Source: Mobula hypostoma
Taxonomy: Eukaryota
NCBI RefSeq assembly: GCF_963921235.1
Contig: NC_086097.1
Span: 48,424,001-48,488,000 of the forward strand
DNA: 64,000 bases
Direction: 5' to 3'
Shown: piece by piece, positions 24,416-37,051 of the stretch
Layout: the number at the start of each line of letters is the position of its first letter
Position numbering within the stretch: position 1 is the first letter of the stretch
The notes under the pieces: generated by a model
Databases searched by the model: none
What the model saw: only the letters and a program-made list of their open reading frames with translations
Told to the model about the DNA's origin: nothing
Position numbers and translations under genes: made by a program

Positions 24416-25250
24416 CAGAGAGAAGAAGGTTTTGTTTACCCGATGAGATGTAATTCTTTTGAACTTCTGCCTAACAAGATGATGGTATTTCATATAGTTT
24501 CATGCTTTTTACAGGATATTTTAAGGGATTTGTAATTAGTGCAGGACAACGGAATTCAGATAAAGGATTGGCTGTGATGCTATTGCATGACAGAGTAGTT
24601 TTTGAACAACCCGAATGAACCACCCCTATTATCATATTATGTTTGATACAGTAATTACCTATCATCCTTCCCTTTGTCCTCAAACATTTAATTAATTGCT
24701 TTTAATTCTAGCATAGTTTTTGGGACTAGATAATTAAAACTATAACAACGGCAAACATCAATAGAAAAAGTACCAAATAGAACTGACTGACATGCAGTTT
24801 TGATAAAGGGTATTTGATCTGAAATGTTAGCTCTGTTTCTTTTCTTACAAATGCTGTATGACCTGCTGTTTTATCCACTGACGTACCATTGCTGTCACTT
24901 TCCCTTAATGCTACTTTAATTACCCTTTGTATTTCAAACACTTAGTAACAGTTCTACCTTTGCAGTGCTACCAGAGGTCAGAAAATTGGGGGATTTCTGA
25001 CTTTGTTGGTACAGTGAAAGATTAACATACTCTGAATTGGTGACACTGACATCTTTAAGGAACTTGTTTCAGGTTCATGATATCAGCACCACCAAATTTC
25101 TGCCAGATTAGGAGGACTCCATTTCAGAGACTTTGGACGAAACAGGCTCAATGCTGGTGAAACACTATTAGCTAAATCTGCTGCTTGCATCACATTTGCA
25201 CTTCACGTGGCGAGACTGGTGTGTGTTCCCTTGACTTCCCCTTCCTGAAG

Positions 25251-26068
25251 GAGGAGCTTAGGAGACAATGGTGTCTAATGGTGACTCCTTTGCTTTCATC
25301 TTCAGAAACAACTCTATTTCTATCTTTAATATCTCTATTTTTCCCTTTCAGGGTTCTTTCGAAGACCCTGATCTGGAGTTACATGCTAACTTCGGTTCTT
25401 TGCAGGAATGGGACCCACTCTCAGGGTCTCACGACTGGCTGTTATTTGATATTCCAAGGACACGGCCTAGAAGATGAGTTCGCCTTCAGAGTTTCAGGAT
25501 TTTGTGGCTCTGGAGGCGGGCAGGCTCAAAGTCAGTGCCTCTGCAGGAAATCGGTGTGTCGTGGGAGTACACGGGAGATCTCTGGCTGTGTGCCCGAAGA
25601 CCCGAATTCTTTGGGCACGGAGCTCAGAAAAAGGGACGCAGTGGACTTTTAACATCGTAAATCAGTGAGTTGTTTTTGTTATGTCTCCCCTCTCGCTGCG
25701 GAACAGAGACATCTCTTTTTCTCTTATTAGGGAGAGAGAGAGTCTGTGGTGTCAAACTACCAGGTGAACAAGTAGTCTTTGGGGTACTGCAAGTCTGTGT
25801 CTTTACTGATGCTTTTCTGCACACTTGAGTGCTCAGTGGGGGGGGGGTGCTGATGTTTTTTTTTGCTGTTGGGGAGGGGGGACCGTTGCTTTGCTGCTGC
25901 TTACGTGTGGGAGGAGGGAGCTGGGGGGGGCTTTGGGGTTCTAACATTTAACTGTTATTCATTCTTTGGGGCACTTTTTCATGGATGGCTGCAAAGAAAA
26001 AGAATTTCAGGATGTATATTGTATACATTTCTCTGACATTAAATGTACCTTTGAAACCTTTGAAACTT
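25251..26068 (+). mobile_element. 818-bp non-coding retroposon with (CTTTGAA)n tail
   Basis: 5-bp TSD tgaag at 25246-25250 and 26069-26073, splitting a Rex1 copy. Tandem-repeat tail. No recognisable ORF. Confidence 0.7.
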
Positions 26069-26663
26069 TGAAGTCCACAATCAATTCCTTGGTCTTGCTG
26101 ACATTTGCTGACAAGGTTGTTGTTGCAATACCACTCAACCAGCCAAACTATTTCGGCCCTGTAAACCATCTGGTCGCTATCTGAGAATCTGCTAACAACC
26201 GGTTTTTCATCGGCAAATTTATAGATGGTGTTTGAGCTGTCCGTAGCCACATAGTCATGGGTATAGAGAGAGTACAGCAGTGGGCTAAGCATGCATCCTT
26301 GCAGTCCACGAGGAGGAGATGTTCTTTCTGATCCACACTGACAGTCGTGTCCCCATGAGGAAGTCAAGGATCCAGTTGCAGAGGGAGGTACAAAGGCCAA
26401 GGTTTTGAAGCTTGTTGATTAGTACTAGGGGATGATGGTGTTGAATTCTGTGCTGTGATCAATAAAAAAACAGCCTGGCATAGGCATTGCATCCATTTTA
26501 AATCTATTGTCATGGTAGACAAGTTGCAGCAGGTCCAGGTTCTTGCTTAGGCAAGAGTTAATTCTAGCTATGACCAACCTCTCAAAGCACTTCATCACAG
26601 CAGCTGTGAGTATATCTGGGTGATATTTGTTGAGGCAGCTGACCCTGCTCTTCTTGGGCACTA

Positions 26664-27985
26664 CACACTATCCTCGTTATATGCAGGAGATACGTTCCTC
26701 GAAGTTGATGCATAATGTGAAATCGCATAATGTGAATAATTATTTAAATGGAGAAAATAGAGATGTGTTCCCGAGGGCTTCCTAAATATGTTTTATCTGT
26801 AATTTATTCACATTTTCATACCAATACGACACAAAAGCAGTACTACAAGACAATATTTTTATTATATTTCATCAATTTAAGGTAATATTCAATGTAATAA
26901 ATCATAGAAAGTTAACATCCTCTGATGTACAGTACTCAGCAACAGTGGCAGGTGTGTTTGCTCCGGGATATGAGTGGTGGTTGTGGTGTCGGGCAGCTTT
27001 ACACAGATAAGGTGGATGGTTGTGGTCGTCAGGATCATATCAAGCACAGCAAGGGGTGAAGGAAGACTCACAGAACACTTAGAACTGCCGGCAGAAGATG
27101 TTACCGATTTGAATAAAGTGGTGAGGGTTGTTTGCTTGGCAGCATTTTGTTTTAAATTTGCTTGTAGGGAAGAAGGGTTGATGGCAGGGAACGACTGAAA
27201 TGCTAACTCCGTTCTAAACTTGGGTCCATGTCCATCGCCATTTGTGCCAAGTGTTCCGACTTCCACCATTCCCTCACCGTTGGTAAACTCCCGGGATTTT
27301 CAAAATCGTCTGTTGCTTGCAGCATCTGAGAGATAGTTCGCTGTAAAAAAAAATATGTACACCTTGAATGTGGATCACACCTTGGTCGAGAGGTTGAATC
27401 AGTGATGTTGTGTTAGGCGGCGGGAAATGCACTGTTATGTTTGGATGAATGCTGTCCAAATGTTTAGGATGGGCTGGCGCATTGTCAAGCAACAAAAGAA
27501 CTTTAAAGGCAAGATTCTGTTCCCAGCAGTAGCGTCTCACAGCTGTGTTACCTTCAGCTGATGCTGCGCTGTTTATAATTTCCAACTTTTTTTCAAGTGT
27601 TAAAGCGGTTCTCTGCCGCTCGGCTGACGGCCCAGGACATGACATCGGATGCTTAGGAGGCATAGTTAAATATTTCAAGCGCAAAATCACTGCACCGTAG
27701 GTAAAACCAACAGAGGTTTAAGATTGTGCATCCATATCTTGCTAAAACCAATGCGAGAGTGGCGGGAGTGAGATTGTGAGGCGCGCGCACCTGACTTGTA
27801 TTGGCGGGAAAGTGGTGCTTCTCATCCCACAGTGAGACTGTGAGGTGTGTGCACGTGACTTGTATTGGCGGGAAAGCAGTGCTCCTCGCATAACTGTGAA
27901 TTTTGGACGCATATAACGAGACATTGGTAGAAATAGGTTCTGTGAATCCGCATAGTCTGAAGACGCTTATAACGAGGATAGGGTG
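26664..27985 (-). mobile_element. Tigger/pogo DNA transposon, internally deleted
   Basis: TA TSD on both sides and 18-bp TIR cac(a/c)ctatcctcgttata. ORF 27274-27690 joins psq-type HTH start (LTLEKKLEII) directly to the DDE motifs LLLLDNAPAHP and PPNTTSLIQPLDQGVI. Confidence 0.92.
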
Positions 27986-29399
27986 TACTATGATTGATGC
28001 CCTTTTGAAGTGGCTGGGAATCTCCAACTGCAGCAGTGAAAAATTGAAGATGTCCTTGAACATTCCCGCTGGTTGGTTTGCACAAGTTTACCAGGTACAT
28101 CATCAAGTCTGGCGCCTTGCGAGACTTCATCTCCTTGAACAATGTTGATGTCACCCTCTGAGACTGAGGTCACAGAGTCACCAAAAGCTGCAGGGATTCA
28201 TACAGGTGTAACTTTATTCTCCCTTTCAAGTGTGAGTATAAGACATTGAGCTCATCTGGGAGTATATTATGATGTTAGGTTTCGCCTTGTAAGAAGTTAT
28301 AGCCTGCAAACTCTGCCAGAGCTGACATGCATCCGATTCTGTCTGTAACTTCAATCAGAATTACTCTTTTGTTCTTAAAATAACCTTCCATAGGTAGTAT
28401 ACAGATTTTTGTAGAATTCTGGATCAGTGGTCTTGAACTCCACAGCAGACTGTGAATCTCCTGGTTCATCCATGGCTTCTGGTTTGGGTATGTCTGGTTT
28501 GTTCTCAAAGGCACGCACTCATCCATACAAGTCTTTATGAAGACAATGACAACTATGGCAAATTATTCAGATTTGAAGATGAATCCCTGAATGTTGTCCA
28601 GTCTACCGATTCGAAGCAGTCTTGTAAGTGCTCCTCCTCCACCCTTGACCTTTGTGGTCCTCACCATTGGTGCTGCAGTCCTCAGTCTCTGCCTGTACAC
28701 TGGGAGTGGAAGTACAGCCAAATGATTGGACTTGCTAAAGTGCAGACGTGGGATGGCACGGTAGGTGTTCTTGACGCTGATGTCACTGTGGTCAAATGTG
28801 TTGGCTCCTCAGGTTTCACAGGTGCTATGTTGGTTGTAGTTGGTCAGAGATTTCTTCAAGTCGGCCTGGTAATGAAGGCATCAGGGAGCGCCATTTCATG
28901 CCAGCTGATCATAGTGTTCAACTCCTCCTGATGTTGTTCAGAGGTGGAAGGTACACCTTTAGCAGGATGACAGCGGGAAACTTCCTTGACAGATAAAATA
29001 GACAACAATTGACTGCTCTGTGTTCCAGGTTGGGGGAACCGGGTGAGGCAGAACCACCATGACTGTGCATCACATTGTGAGTCAATAAATGGTCCTTTGA
29101 CTTATAGTTTCCCCATCTGCTCTCTGCAGGCTTCATTCATATCTTGAGAATCATGGTGACTGCGGTTCTCTTTACCTTGTGCCACATCTTCGGTACTGAA
29201 CTACACATGCTAATTCTAAACTCTACCAACATGACAGCTGAACCTGAGAGAGACTACCACCTAGGCTGGTTAGCAAATCAAAGCTGGGTGCTTTGATCAC
29301 TGACTTGTGTCTCAATCGATAGAGCTTTGAGAAGTCGTCTCAGCAGTTAGCTGATACCATTGGGCTTTCTGCCCCAGGGGAGTCCGAATCCAACTTTGG

Positions 29400-29760
29400 T
29401 GACCTTGACGTTGCCCTCTCTCCTGTAAGCTGCAACATGATGTGATGTTGGAGAAAGCCTGCCTCCTTCCAAGACTAGGGGCCTGTGGCAAAGTCGATAG
29501 CTTTGGCAAAGAACATACCCAAGGGCTGATGAATCTGAGCTGATTGTGACTGACTGACATTTCAGATGTAACCGGGTGTAGCTCTGAATGACCTTGAGCT
29601 TATGAGACACAGTGATCTCACCAGCCATAGGGAAGGTCGCTGGTGATCTTATCCTGAGCAGCAAGAGAGAGAAATCTCAAAGCCTGCTCACACACTGCCT
29701 CTTGGTGGACACTCGGTTAGAAGTTCTGGGCCAGTACACTCAGTAGTTGCAAGCCTCTGG
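29400..29760 (-). mobile_element. Possible second ancient Harbinger transposase remnant
   Basis: Multi-frame translation gives VYWPRTS..RQCVSRL, GSFRATPGYI*NVSQS, FFAKAIDF, resembling the HARBI1-type N-terminus. Heavily decayed. Confidence 0.4.
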
Positions 29761-30499
29761 TGGGCTGAATACCATCGCTCTCTTGCTTTGTACAGCTCTC
29801 TCAGTTTGTTCCTCTCTGTTGTCCTCCTACTCCTCTTTCATCAGCAGAGGGGGTGCAAATCCACCTAGCCATGGGCTTGAAGTATAAAATATTGCAGAAT
29901 GGAGTTGGGCTGTTGATCAAAGGAACAAAGTGCTTTGGATAATGCTGATATATGAACTTGATTCTTCAAGAAGTACATTTTCTTGCTTTCATTTTGGAAA
30001 TAACAAGGAACAATAAGGCCAACAAAACGCTGGAGGGGGACTTAATGTATTGAGTGGAAACGTAGTTAAATTGGAAGTAAACCTGACTCCAGGCTTTTCA
30101 TCTCCAGGTTCAAAAAAAGCTTTTTGAACACCTGTGAACATTTTTTTTCTACCGTGGACAGCACATCGGCAGCAGATTTCTGGTAATCACAGAAACTGAT
30201 GTTCTTCAGAGATGTTAATGAGCTTTATTATGTTTTATTTCACTTGCCTTCAATTTTAATATCTTCAGTCCTGGATTACAAGGTGAATGAATCGTACTGC
30301 AAAACAGGGGAGAGACTGAACTTCACATCACCTATGCAGTTACAGTTCTAATTGGTCCGTCAGACCAAATATTCAATTACATAACTCATGTCCAAATCCG
30401 AAACATAAAACATTGCAGATGCCATAAATCTGAAATGAAAACGTCAAGCACTGGGAATGGCAGCAAGTCCGGCAGAATCTCCAGAGAGAGAAGCAACCT

Positions 30500-30721
30500 T
30501 GACGAAAGGCCAGTGACCTTATCTCTATGAAATTTGTCTCTCCATTTAAAAGCTGGACTATTTAAATGCAAATAGCAGCATAGTTAGTATAGAGTATGTA
30601 TTGTAACTTCCCTGACAAAAGGTCAATGACCTTATCTCCATGAAATTTGTCTCTCCATTTAAAAGCTGGACTAAAATACAAATAGCAGCATAGTTAGTAT
30701 CACAATATGTAGTATAACTTC
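30500..30721. repeat. About 110-bp tandem duplication
   Basis: tgaccttatctcyatgaaatttgtctctccatttaaaagctggact...aaatagcagcatagttagtat...taacttc occurs twice. Confidence 0.9.
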
Positions 30722-33558
30722 AAAATAACAAACTAATTCAAAGGGAGACATAGGAGACTAAAAATGGGACTTACTTTGTGTCTTACTTTAAGTGAAGTGC
30801 ACATGTATCACATGGTAGTGTGATGATGTTTGCAATTCACATGTTTATACATATATAACCTGTAACAAATTATTGAAATGAACAAGAATGCTTCATCAAT
30901 TTCCAAGATTACTCGTATATTACTGAAATATTAAATACACAACATTCCTTCCTAATTAGTTATAAACTCCAACTCAATAGAGAATGCATCTCAATTATAT
31001 ACACAGTATACTATATCATATAACTACTACATGCAGATATTCACAGCAAAGTAAAATATAAATTGTCCCATTCAGACATAAAGATTTAATTGCCTTCCTA
31101 CCCTTGTGGGATAGCGCCTTTCCTGACCAGAGGGTTCAGTCTACTTTCAGGTGAGACTTGTGACTATGAAACCAATCTCAGGTTCTGGGGCCTCCTCTGT
31201 GGTGGTTGTAGGAGCTGACTCTGAGACTGCAGGAAGTGGTTCTGACAGCTCTGGCCACCTTTCTTCTCCTTTTCTTGTCTTTTCTCTCTCGATCTACTTC
31301 GACCCTTGCTTCTCTCCCAGTCCCAGCTTCTTTCTCTCTAGTTCCTGCTCTTTTTCTTCTTTTTAGGATGTGTATCTTGACCTTAGGAAGGTGCAATTAA
31401 TTCACAGGAGTATTTTCTTATTAATCCTTCTATTGTTCCCTTCATGATCAGATCTCTCCTCTTGGTTTTCACATCAACAAAATTATTTGACGATTCCTCT
31501 GTTTTCAGTCCTCCATTGACTCTTTTCTTTTTGGGCTTTGGTCTTTGCATCTGCTCTTACAAGCAGCTACTTATCTTCCATTTGAACTTCATGCAATAAC
31601 CTTAATGCACGCAGAGCAGATTCTTGTTCTTTATACTCACAAAAGCTCGCAACTTTCCTGAAGCTCCTTGAACTCCCTTGCAGCTTAAAACCAAGCCACA
31701 TTTCACAAATAACTGCCTGATTGACCAATCAGAAGCTTTCTCAGATATGTTGCCTATGGACCAATGCTTTTGTCAGTTTCATGTCTCCTTTGAGCAGCAT
31801 GGTCCTTCCTTGGTCCGATATGCTTTCCAACCAGAGGCACAGAAGCTGGCACTAACACCTCTGTGGGCAACAGTTCATGCTTGGAGACAGTTGGGGCACT
31901 GCCCGGTACCTTTCTTAATTTACTTGCAGACAGCTTCGTTGCAGAGGATGTGGCATGCAAATAGTGGATGGATCTCCAAATAAGTTGTAGTTATCTCAGC
32001 CAATCATGCCTCCACAATTGTGGTCCTCTTGTTTTTACCACATACAAGCTCAATGTGACTTGTTGGTTGTTGTATTTCACTGTTACAAATGCCATTCCCA
32101 CAGGAGTTACTTTTTTTCCAGTATAATTTCTTAGTTGGATATCTGCAGAATTCGGTTTGGTATTGTTGAAATGCCATTCAAACTCATTTTGTAAAATGAC
32201 TGAAACAGTTGAACCAGTGTCCAATCCCATTTTTGTTAATTTGCCATTCACCTCAGGCGTAAACCATATTGCTGGTCCATTGTTAGTTTTCACATTGAAA
32301 ATCTCAAGTCTAGCCTGACCTGTGTCACTCTCATCAATATCAGATTTTCACCATCAGCATGCTGATTAGTGCTCATTTTGAAACTGCAATTGACCTTTTA
32401 ACTTTTTCTCTTTCCTATGCGGTCCATTTGCTTTTGTCTGCCTGACATGCTTTTTGCATTTTCTTCAAGTTTTGTCTTTAAATCTGCATTAGTCTGGCAT
32501 ATGTGACCCCCTGCCACAACAGTAGCACAAGTTGTTTGTCCAGCCTGGTTTCGGTTTAGACATTGCAATTTTGTTCACACTCACTTTCATTCTTGATCGC
32601 AAATCAATTTTGTCTTTGTCTGCTGCTTCCTTTGATACAGCAATTTCAACTGTTCCTTTAAATGTAAGATGTGCTTCAGTTACGAGCCATTTTTAAATGT
32701 TTTCTTGTAAGACTTCACAAACTAAATGATCTCTAAGTGTATCATTAAGCCCATCATTGAACTGACAATGTTCAAACAACTTCTTCAATTTAGCCTCATA
32801 TGTTGCAATGGACACTCTTCCCCCCCGTCCTTTTAATTCTAATTATGAAGCATAAAACATTCTGCAATCAATAATGGTTTTGATTCTAAGTGTTCCTGCA
32901 TTACTTTCATGATATCAGCAAAGCTCATTTCTGCTGGATTGGTTGGAGCAGTCAAGCTTCACAACAAACTGAATTTCCTTAAACGCATTGCACTCAGCAA
33001 AATTGGTATTGATTTCTCAGTGGCTATTTCATTTGCTTTATACAACTGCTCAATTTGCTCAGTATATGCAATCCAGTTATTTGTTGTGTAATCAAATGCG
33101 TCTATCTTTCCGATGTAGCCAGCCATTTTTGCTCTTTTATTTATCACCCAGTACTTACTCTTTATGAACCTGTGAACTCTTCTATTTACTGCCTTTTTAA
33201 AAAACTCAACTATGCTGGGCTGTGTTTTTCACTTGCCATTCCTCACTGCGCTTTTTTTTAGTTTGAACATCTCTCTGCCCTTCAACCGGTCAGTTGTCAC
33301 CTTGGATTTGTTTTACAAATACCACATCACCACTGTTATAATTTGTAACTTCAAAACATTAAACTAATTCAACTAACTTCACGTTTTACTTTAAGTGAGG
33401 CGTACACCTATCACATGATAGCGTGATGAGGTACACAATTCACATATTTATAATAACAGTAATTAATAATCTGTAATGGATTATTGAAACAAACATGAAT
33501 GCTTAATCAAAAAATTACAAGATTACTGAAATATTACTGAAATAGTAAATACACAACA
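30708..33558 (-). mobile_element. Non-autonomous Ty3/Gypsy LTR retrotransposon carrying a captured host cDNA
   Basis: Two similar LTRs of about 230 bp (about 30708-30944 and 33334-33558, both ending aaatacacaaca). PBS-like tggtgatg next to the 5' LTR and PPT aggaaggaa next to the 3' LTR. gag (MAGYIGKIDAFD..W..YTEQIEQ, decayed zinc knuckle), protease (LDTGSTVSVI) and pol tail (ERRYPTRV). Confidence 0.9.
31269..31860 (-). pseudogene. RBM25: Processed partial retrocopy of RBM25 (RRM region plus a short RS/RE piece) inside the Gypsy element
   Basis: Minus translation VLVPASVPLVGKHIGPRKDH, GNISEKASD..IRQLFVKCGLVLSCKGVQGASGKL, FCEYKEQESALRALRLLHE, LLVRADAKTKAQ, TKRRDLIMKGTIEGLIRKYSCELIAPS, HPKKKKK is collinear with vertebrate RBM25 as I recall it. 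Contains stops, frameshifts and small deletions. Confidence 0.88.
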
Positions 33559-33703
33559 GAGGGTAAATATTCGGCTTGAGTAGTGGTGCATGAGGTGCAT
33601 GAGGAAGGGTTTCAGATTCCTGGGGCATTAGAACTATTTCTTGGGGAGGTGGAATCTGTACAAACTAGTTGATTCACACCTGGACAGGACTGGGGTCAAT
33701 ATC

Positions 33704-36700
33704 ATAAGAACATTAGGACATAAGTCATAAAAACAGAATTAGGCCATTCAGCCCATCGAGTCTACTCCACCATTCCATCATGGCTGATCCTGGAACCCAC
33801 TCAACCTCATACACTTACCTTCTCGCCATAACCTTAGATGTCCTGACTAATCAGAAAACTTATCAATTTTTGCTTTAAACGGCCTTGGCCTCCACAGATA
33901 TCCGAGGCAGAGCATTCCACAGATTCACTACTCCCAGGCTAAAAAAATTCCTCCTTACCTCTGTTTTAAATGCTTGCCCCTAATTTTTGAGGCTGTGCCC
34001 TCTAGTTTGGACAACTCCACCATAGGAAACATACTCTCTACATCCACCTTAACCAGTCCTTTCCAAATTCAGTAGGTTTCAATAAGATCACCAAGTATTC
34101 TTCTAAATTCCAGTGAGTACAGGCCAAAGCTGCCAAACAGTTCTCATATATTAACCTCTTCATTCCTGGAATCATCCTCCCAAACGTCCTCTGGACTCTC
34201 CACAATGACAGCATATCCTTTCTGAGATATGGGGCCCAAAACTGTTTGCAATACTCCAAGTGTGGCCTGACTAGTATCTTATAAATCCTCAGTATTATCT
34301 CCTTGTTTTTATGTTCTATTTCCCTTGAAATGATTGCATTTGCCTTCTTTACCACAGACTCAATCTGTAAATTAACCACTAGTCCCTGGCAGCCAACCAG
34401 AAAAGATCCCCTTTATTCCCACTCAATACTGTCAGCCATTCCTCTGTCCATGCCGGTATCTTTCCTGCAATGACATGGGATTTTATCTTGTTAAGCCACC
34501 TCAAGTGTGGCACCTTATCAAATGCTTTCTGAAAATCCAAGTAAATGACATCCACAGACTTTCCATTGGCCACCCTGCTTGTTACTTCCTCAAAGAACTC
34601 TAAAAGATTTGTCAAGTAAGATTTCTCTTTACAGATACCATGCCAAATTTGACTTAATTTATTATTGGTCTCCAGTACACTGAAACCTTAATGATCCTTA
34701 ATGATGGACTCCAACACTTCCCTAATCATTGAGGTTCGGCTAACAGGCCTGTAATTTCCTTTCTTTTGCTTCCCTACCTTCTTAAAGAGTGGAGTGACAT
34801 TTGGAATCTTCCAGTCCTCCTGGACCATGCCAGAATCAATTGATTCTTGAAAGGTCATACTTAATGCATTTACTATCTTTTCTTTTCAGAACTTTGGGAT
34901 GAAGTCCATTTGGTCCAGGTGACTTTACCACCTAAAGACTTTTCGGTTTACCTAGCATCTTTTCCTTTGTAATAGCACTGGCACTCACTCCTGCTCCCTG
35001 ACACTCATGGACCTCTGGCACACTGCTAGTGTCTTCCACAGAGAATACTGATGCAAAGTACCCATTAAGTTCATCTGCCATTTCTTTGTCCCCCATCACT
35101 ACCTCACCAGCATTATTTTCCAGTAGTCCAACATCAGCTCATCCCTCCCTTTTATTCTTTATATAACTGAAAAAACTTTTTAGTATCCTGCTTTATATTA
35201 TTGGCTAGTTTGCTCTCATAATTAATCTTTCCTTTCTTATGGATTTTTAGTTGTTTTCTTTTGGATTTTAAAAGCTTCCCAATCATCCAATTTGCCATTC
35301 ACTTTTGCTGCCTTATATGCCCTTTCCTTGGGTTTTATGCCGTTTTTAACTTTCTTTGTCAGCCACAGTTGCCTACCCCTACCATTTGAGAAATTCTTCC
35401 TCCGTGAACTATTACTTGTGAACTATTCCCAGAAACTTCAGCCATCCCTGCTCTGCCGTCATCCCCACCAGTATCCTCCTCCAATCCACTTGGGCAAGCT
35501 CTTCTCTCATGCCTCTGTAATTCCCTTTATTCCATTGTGATACAGATACATATGAGTTGTGCTTCTCTCTCTCATACTGCAGTATGAATTCAATCATAAT
35601 ATGATCACTGCCTCCTAAGGGTTCCTTTTACGTTGGGCTCACTAATAAGATCTGGGTTATTACACAACACCCAATCTAAGACAGTCTTTCCCAAGTAGGT
35701 TCAAGCACGTTCCTCTAAAAAAAACATCTCATAGGCATTCAACAACTACCCTCTCTTGCAATCTGACACCAACCTGACTCTCCCAGTCGCCTTGCATATT
35801 GAAGTCCTCCATTACAATTGTAACATTACCCTTATTTCCAGCTCCCTCAGCAATCTCAACCCCACATCTTGGATACTATTTGGAGGCCTATATATGTTTC
35901 CAATAATGTTTTGTTTTACCCTTGCAGTTTCTTAACTCCACCCACAAAGATTCGACATTCTGAGACCCTATGGCACCCTTTCTACACACCACCTCTGCTT
36001 TCCAGCCTGTCCTTTCGATACAAAGTATATCCTTTGATATTAAGCTCCCAACTATGACATTCTTTCAGCCACAACTCTGTGATGCCCACAACGTCATACC
36101 GACTAATCTCTAATTGTGCCATGAGTTCATCACCGTATTCCGAATGCTACATGTAGTTAAGTACAACACCTTCAATCCTGCATTCTTTGCCCTTTTGAAT
36201 TTTGCCTCTGTGGTACAGTTTAACTCTTTTCACAGTCTGCATTTATTCCCTATCATTGTCTTGTCCTTCCTTACATTCATGTTACACCCATCATCTTGTA
36301 ACTCTGCTGGCTCATCCTCAACGCTGTTATAATTGGTTCCCATCCCCCCACCATATTAATTTAAACCACTTCCAGTAGCTTTAGCAAACCTGCCCGCAAG
36401 GCCGTTGTCCCACTGGGATTCAAGTGCAACCTATCCCTTGTGTACAGGTCACACTTGTCCCAGAAGAGGTCCCAATGATCCAAAAATCTGAATCTCTGCC
36501 CCCGTTCCAATTCTTCAGCCACACATTTATCTGCCACCTCATTCTATTCCTATCTTCACTGTCGCATGGCACAGGCAGAAATCCCAAGAGTACTACCCTT
36601 GAGATCCTGATTCTCAGCTTTCTTCCTAACCGCCCCCCACCCCTGTATTCTGTTTTCAGGACCTCCTCCCTTTTTCTACCTATGTCATTGGTACCAATAC

Positions 36701-36950
36701 ATATCACAACTTCTGGCTGCTCACCCTCCCCTTTCAGGATATTGTGGACACATTCAGAAACATCACGGATTCTGGCACCTGGGAGGCAAACTACCATCCG
36801 TATTTCTTTTTTGCGTCCTCAGAATCGCCTATCTGTTCCCCTAACTATGGAGTCCCCTATTATTGCTGCCATCCTTTTCAGTTCCTTACCCTTTTGAGTT
36901 TGAGGGCCAGACTCCGTGCAAGAGGCCCAGCCACTTCTGCTTCCCCCAGG
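33704..36950 (-). mobile_element. CR1 LINE with SGNH-esterase ORF1 remnant and ORF2 remnant
   Basis: ORF 36420-36797 (VVCLPGARIRDV, IGTNDIG), 34379-34615 (TNLLEFFEEVT, YLDFQKAFDKVPH), 34038-34379 (LVRPHLEYC). Tail at about 33704. Confidence 0.9.
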
Positions 36951-37051
36951 TACGTTCTATGTTGTTGGGGAGGGTTTAAACTATTATGGGATGGGGATGG
37001 AAATCCCAATGGAAAGATGCTGGCGATGTAATGGAAAACCATCCTTTTATA

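Larger units (their letters stand above)
25200..29140 (-). mobile_element. Long Rex1/Babar LINE (endonuclease plus RT) interrupted by two insertions
   Basis: APE-like segments at 28450-29136 (FYLSRKFPAVILLKVYLPP), YPNQKPWMN, and RT motifs in ORFs 26425-26661 and 25948-26400 ([21 protein letters not shown]). Confidence 0.85.

Noticed and set aside
31269..31860. The genuine RBM25 locus
   Set aside because: Partial, intron-less, carries stops and frameshifts, and is enclosed by Gypsy sequence.
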